Positions 63,166 through 64,000 of a DNA stretch of 64,000 bases are shown here, one piece after another. How positions within the stretch are numbered: position 1 is the first letter of the stretch; every line of letters starts with the position of its first letter. This DNA comes from Carcharhinus amblyrhynchos (taxonomy: Eukaryota). A program made the position numbers and the translations under genes. The DNA is taken from NCBI GenBank assembly GCA_965287045.1, contig OZ336872.1, positions 42,470,001 through 42,534,000 on the forward strand. Direction: 5' to 3'. The notes below the pieces were generated by a model. It had not been told where the DNA came from, did no database searches, and saw only the letters and a list, made by a program, of their open reading frames with translations.

Positions 63166-64000
63166 AATGAAGAAAGGGACCATTTTAGAAAATGATTCTG
63201 CCATGTCACTAAAGAAAGCTAGCGACAGTATGATTAGATATTTTCTTGATTATTACGCAAATGCTGCATTATAGTTTGCTCCTATTATGTGAAAAGTCAA
63301 TGAGAATCTGCTGTCAAATACTGGTGAGGTGAATGACACTCACCATTATTTACAACTAAATGGTGTGGCAAATTCAGAGCAGGGGCAAATGCAATGTGAA
63401 ATACCAACATCTAAAAGCTGCAGTCTGAGTTGTACCACTCCATCTTTGGTTTACTGAAAGTGGAAAGTTGCTGTCTACTTTGCCATTGAACATCATAAGT
63501 TTCTGTGTACAAACTAAACCCACTGCAAATATTTAGAGCTGGTAATTCATACTGTAAGTACTCTTTCAATGATGAGATAATTGTTAATTATTATAGTCAA
63601 CCTCTGCCAATGCAAATACTTCCTTCTTGTTTTGAATTTTTCAGGAGACTTCTAAAATCTTGTTTTAACTTCCCATCTCTTTGCTTCTTTCTCTGTTAAT
63701 CTAACGGCTCGGATTTTGCAAACCACACAGTAATATGTGATAATCGGTCATACGCAGCTAAATGCAAACATTAGAGAATTACTGAGGTTTCCTGCTCCTC
63801 CAGAAGCTACAGAATAATGGTATCTCACAAGAGGCTGCTCATTGAAATGTAGGAAACAGTGTGAAGCTGTTGTACTTAATTGACGGATAGGCATTAAAAC
63901 ACCAGAAAAGGTTAGGGCGTGTCCATTCCAGTGTAAAATAATTACTGCCAAACAATCTCTCTGGCATGAAAATTTAATTTCACAAGTGTGTTGTCTCATT

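Overview
Vertebrate genomic DNA, almost certainly from a cartilaginous fish (shark), judged from its HE1/V-SINE-type SINEs, CR1/HER1-type LINE tails and Penelope-derived fold-backs. I can support no intact protein-coding sequence; the ORF track is mostly chance ORFs and TE-derived frames. A CpG island at about 17.2-22.4 kb looks like the promoter of a minus-strand gene that I cannot name. It has several apparently non-coding 5'-UTR exons (about 20056-20520, 19850-19900, 16673-16740, plus alternative donors), and its TE-poor intron runs to position 1. The region from 25 to 64 kb is TE-rich upstream DNA: about 14 young tRNA-derived SINEs with three different tails, CR1, RTE, L2 and Rex1/Babar-like LINE relics, Harbinger-type MITEs, a dead Harbinger transposon with a probable partner-gene remnant, and a solo LTR. 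The most notable item is an apparently intact minimal type I hammerhead ribozyme (55760-55794, minus strand) in a Penelope-like terminus, nested in a solo LTR that is itself nested in a SINE. Other oddities are a minisatellite built of 5' splice-site consensus motifs and a SINE with about 290 nt of extra 5' sequence. I found no convincing wholly new system. TE family names come from recalled motifs, not database searches, and most TE boundaries are approximate.
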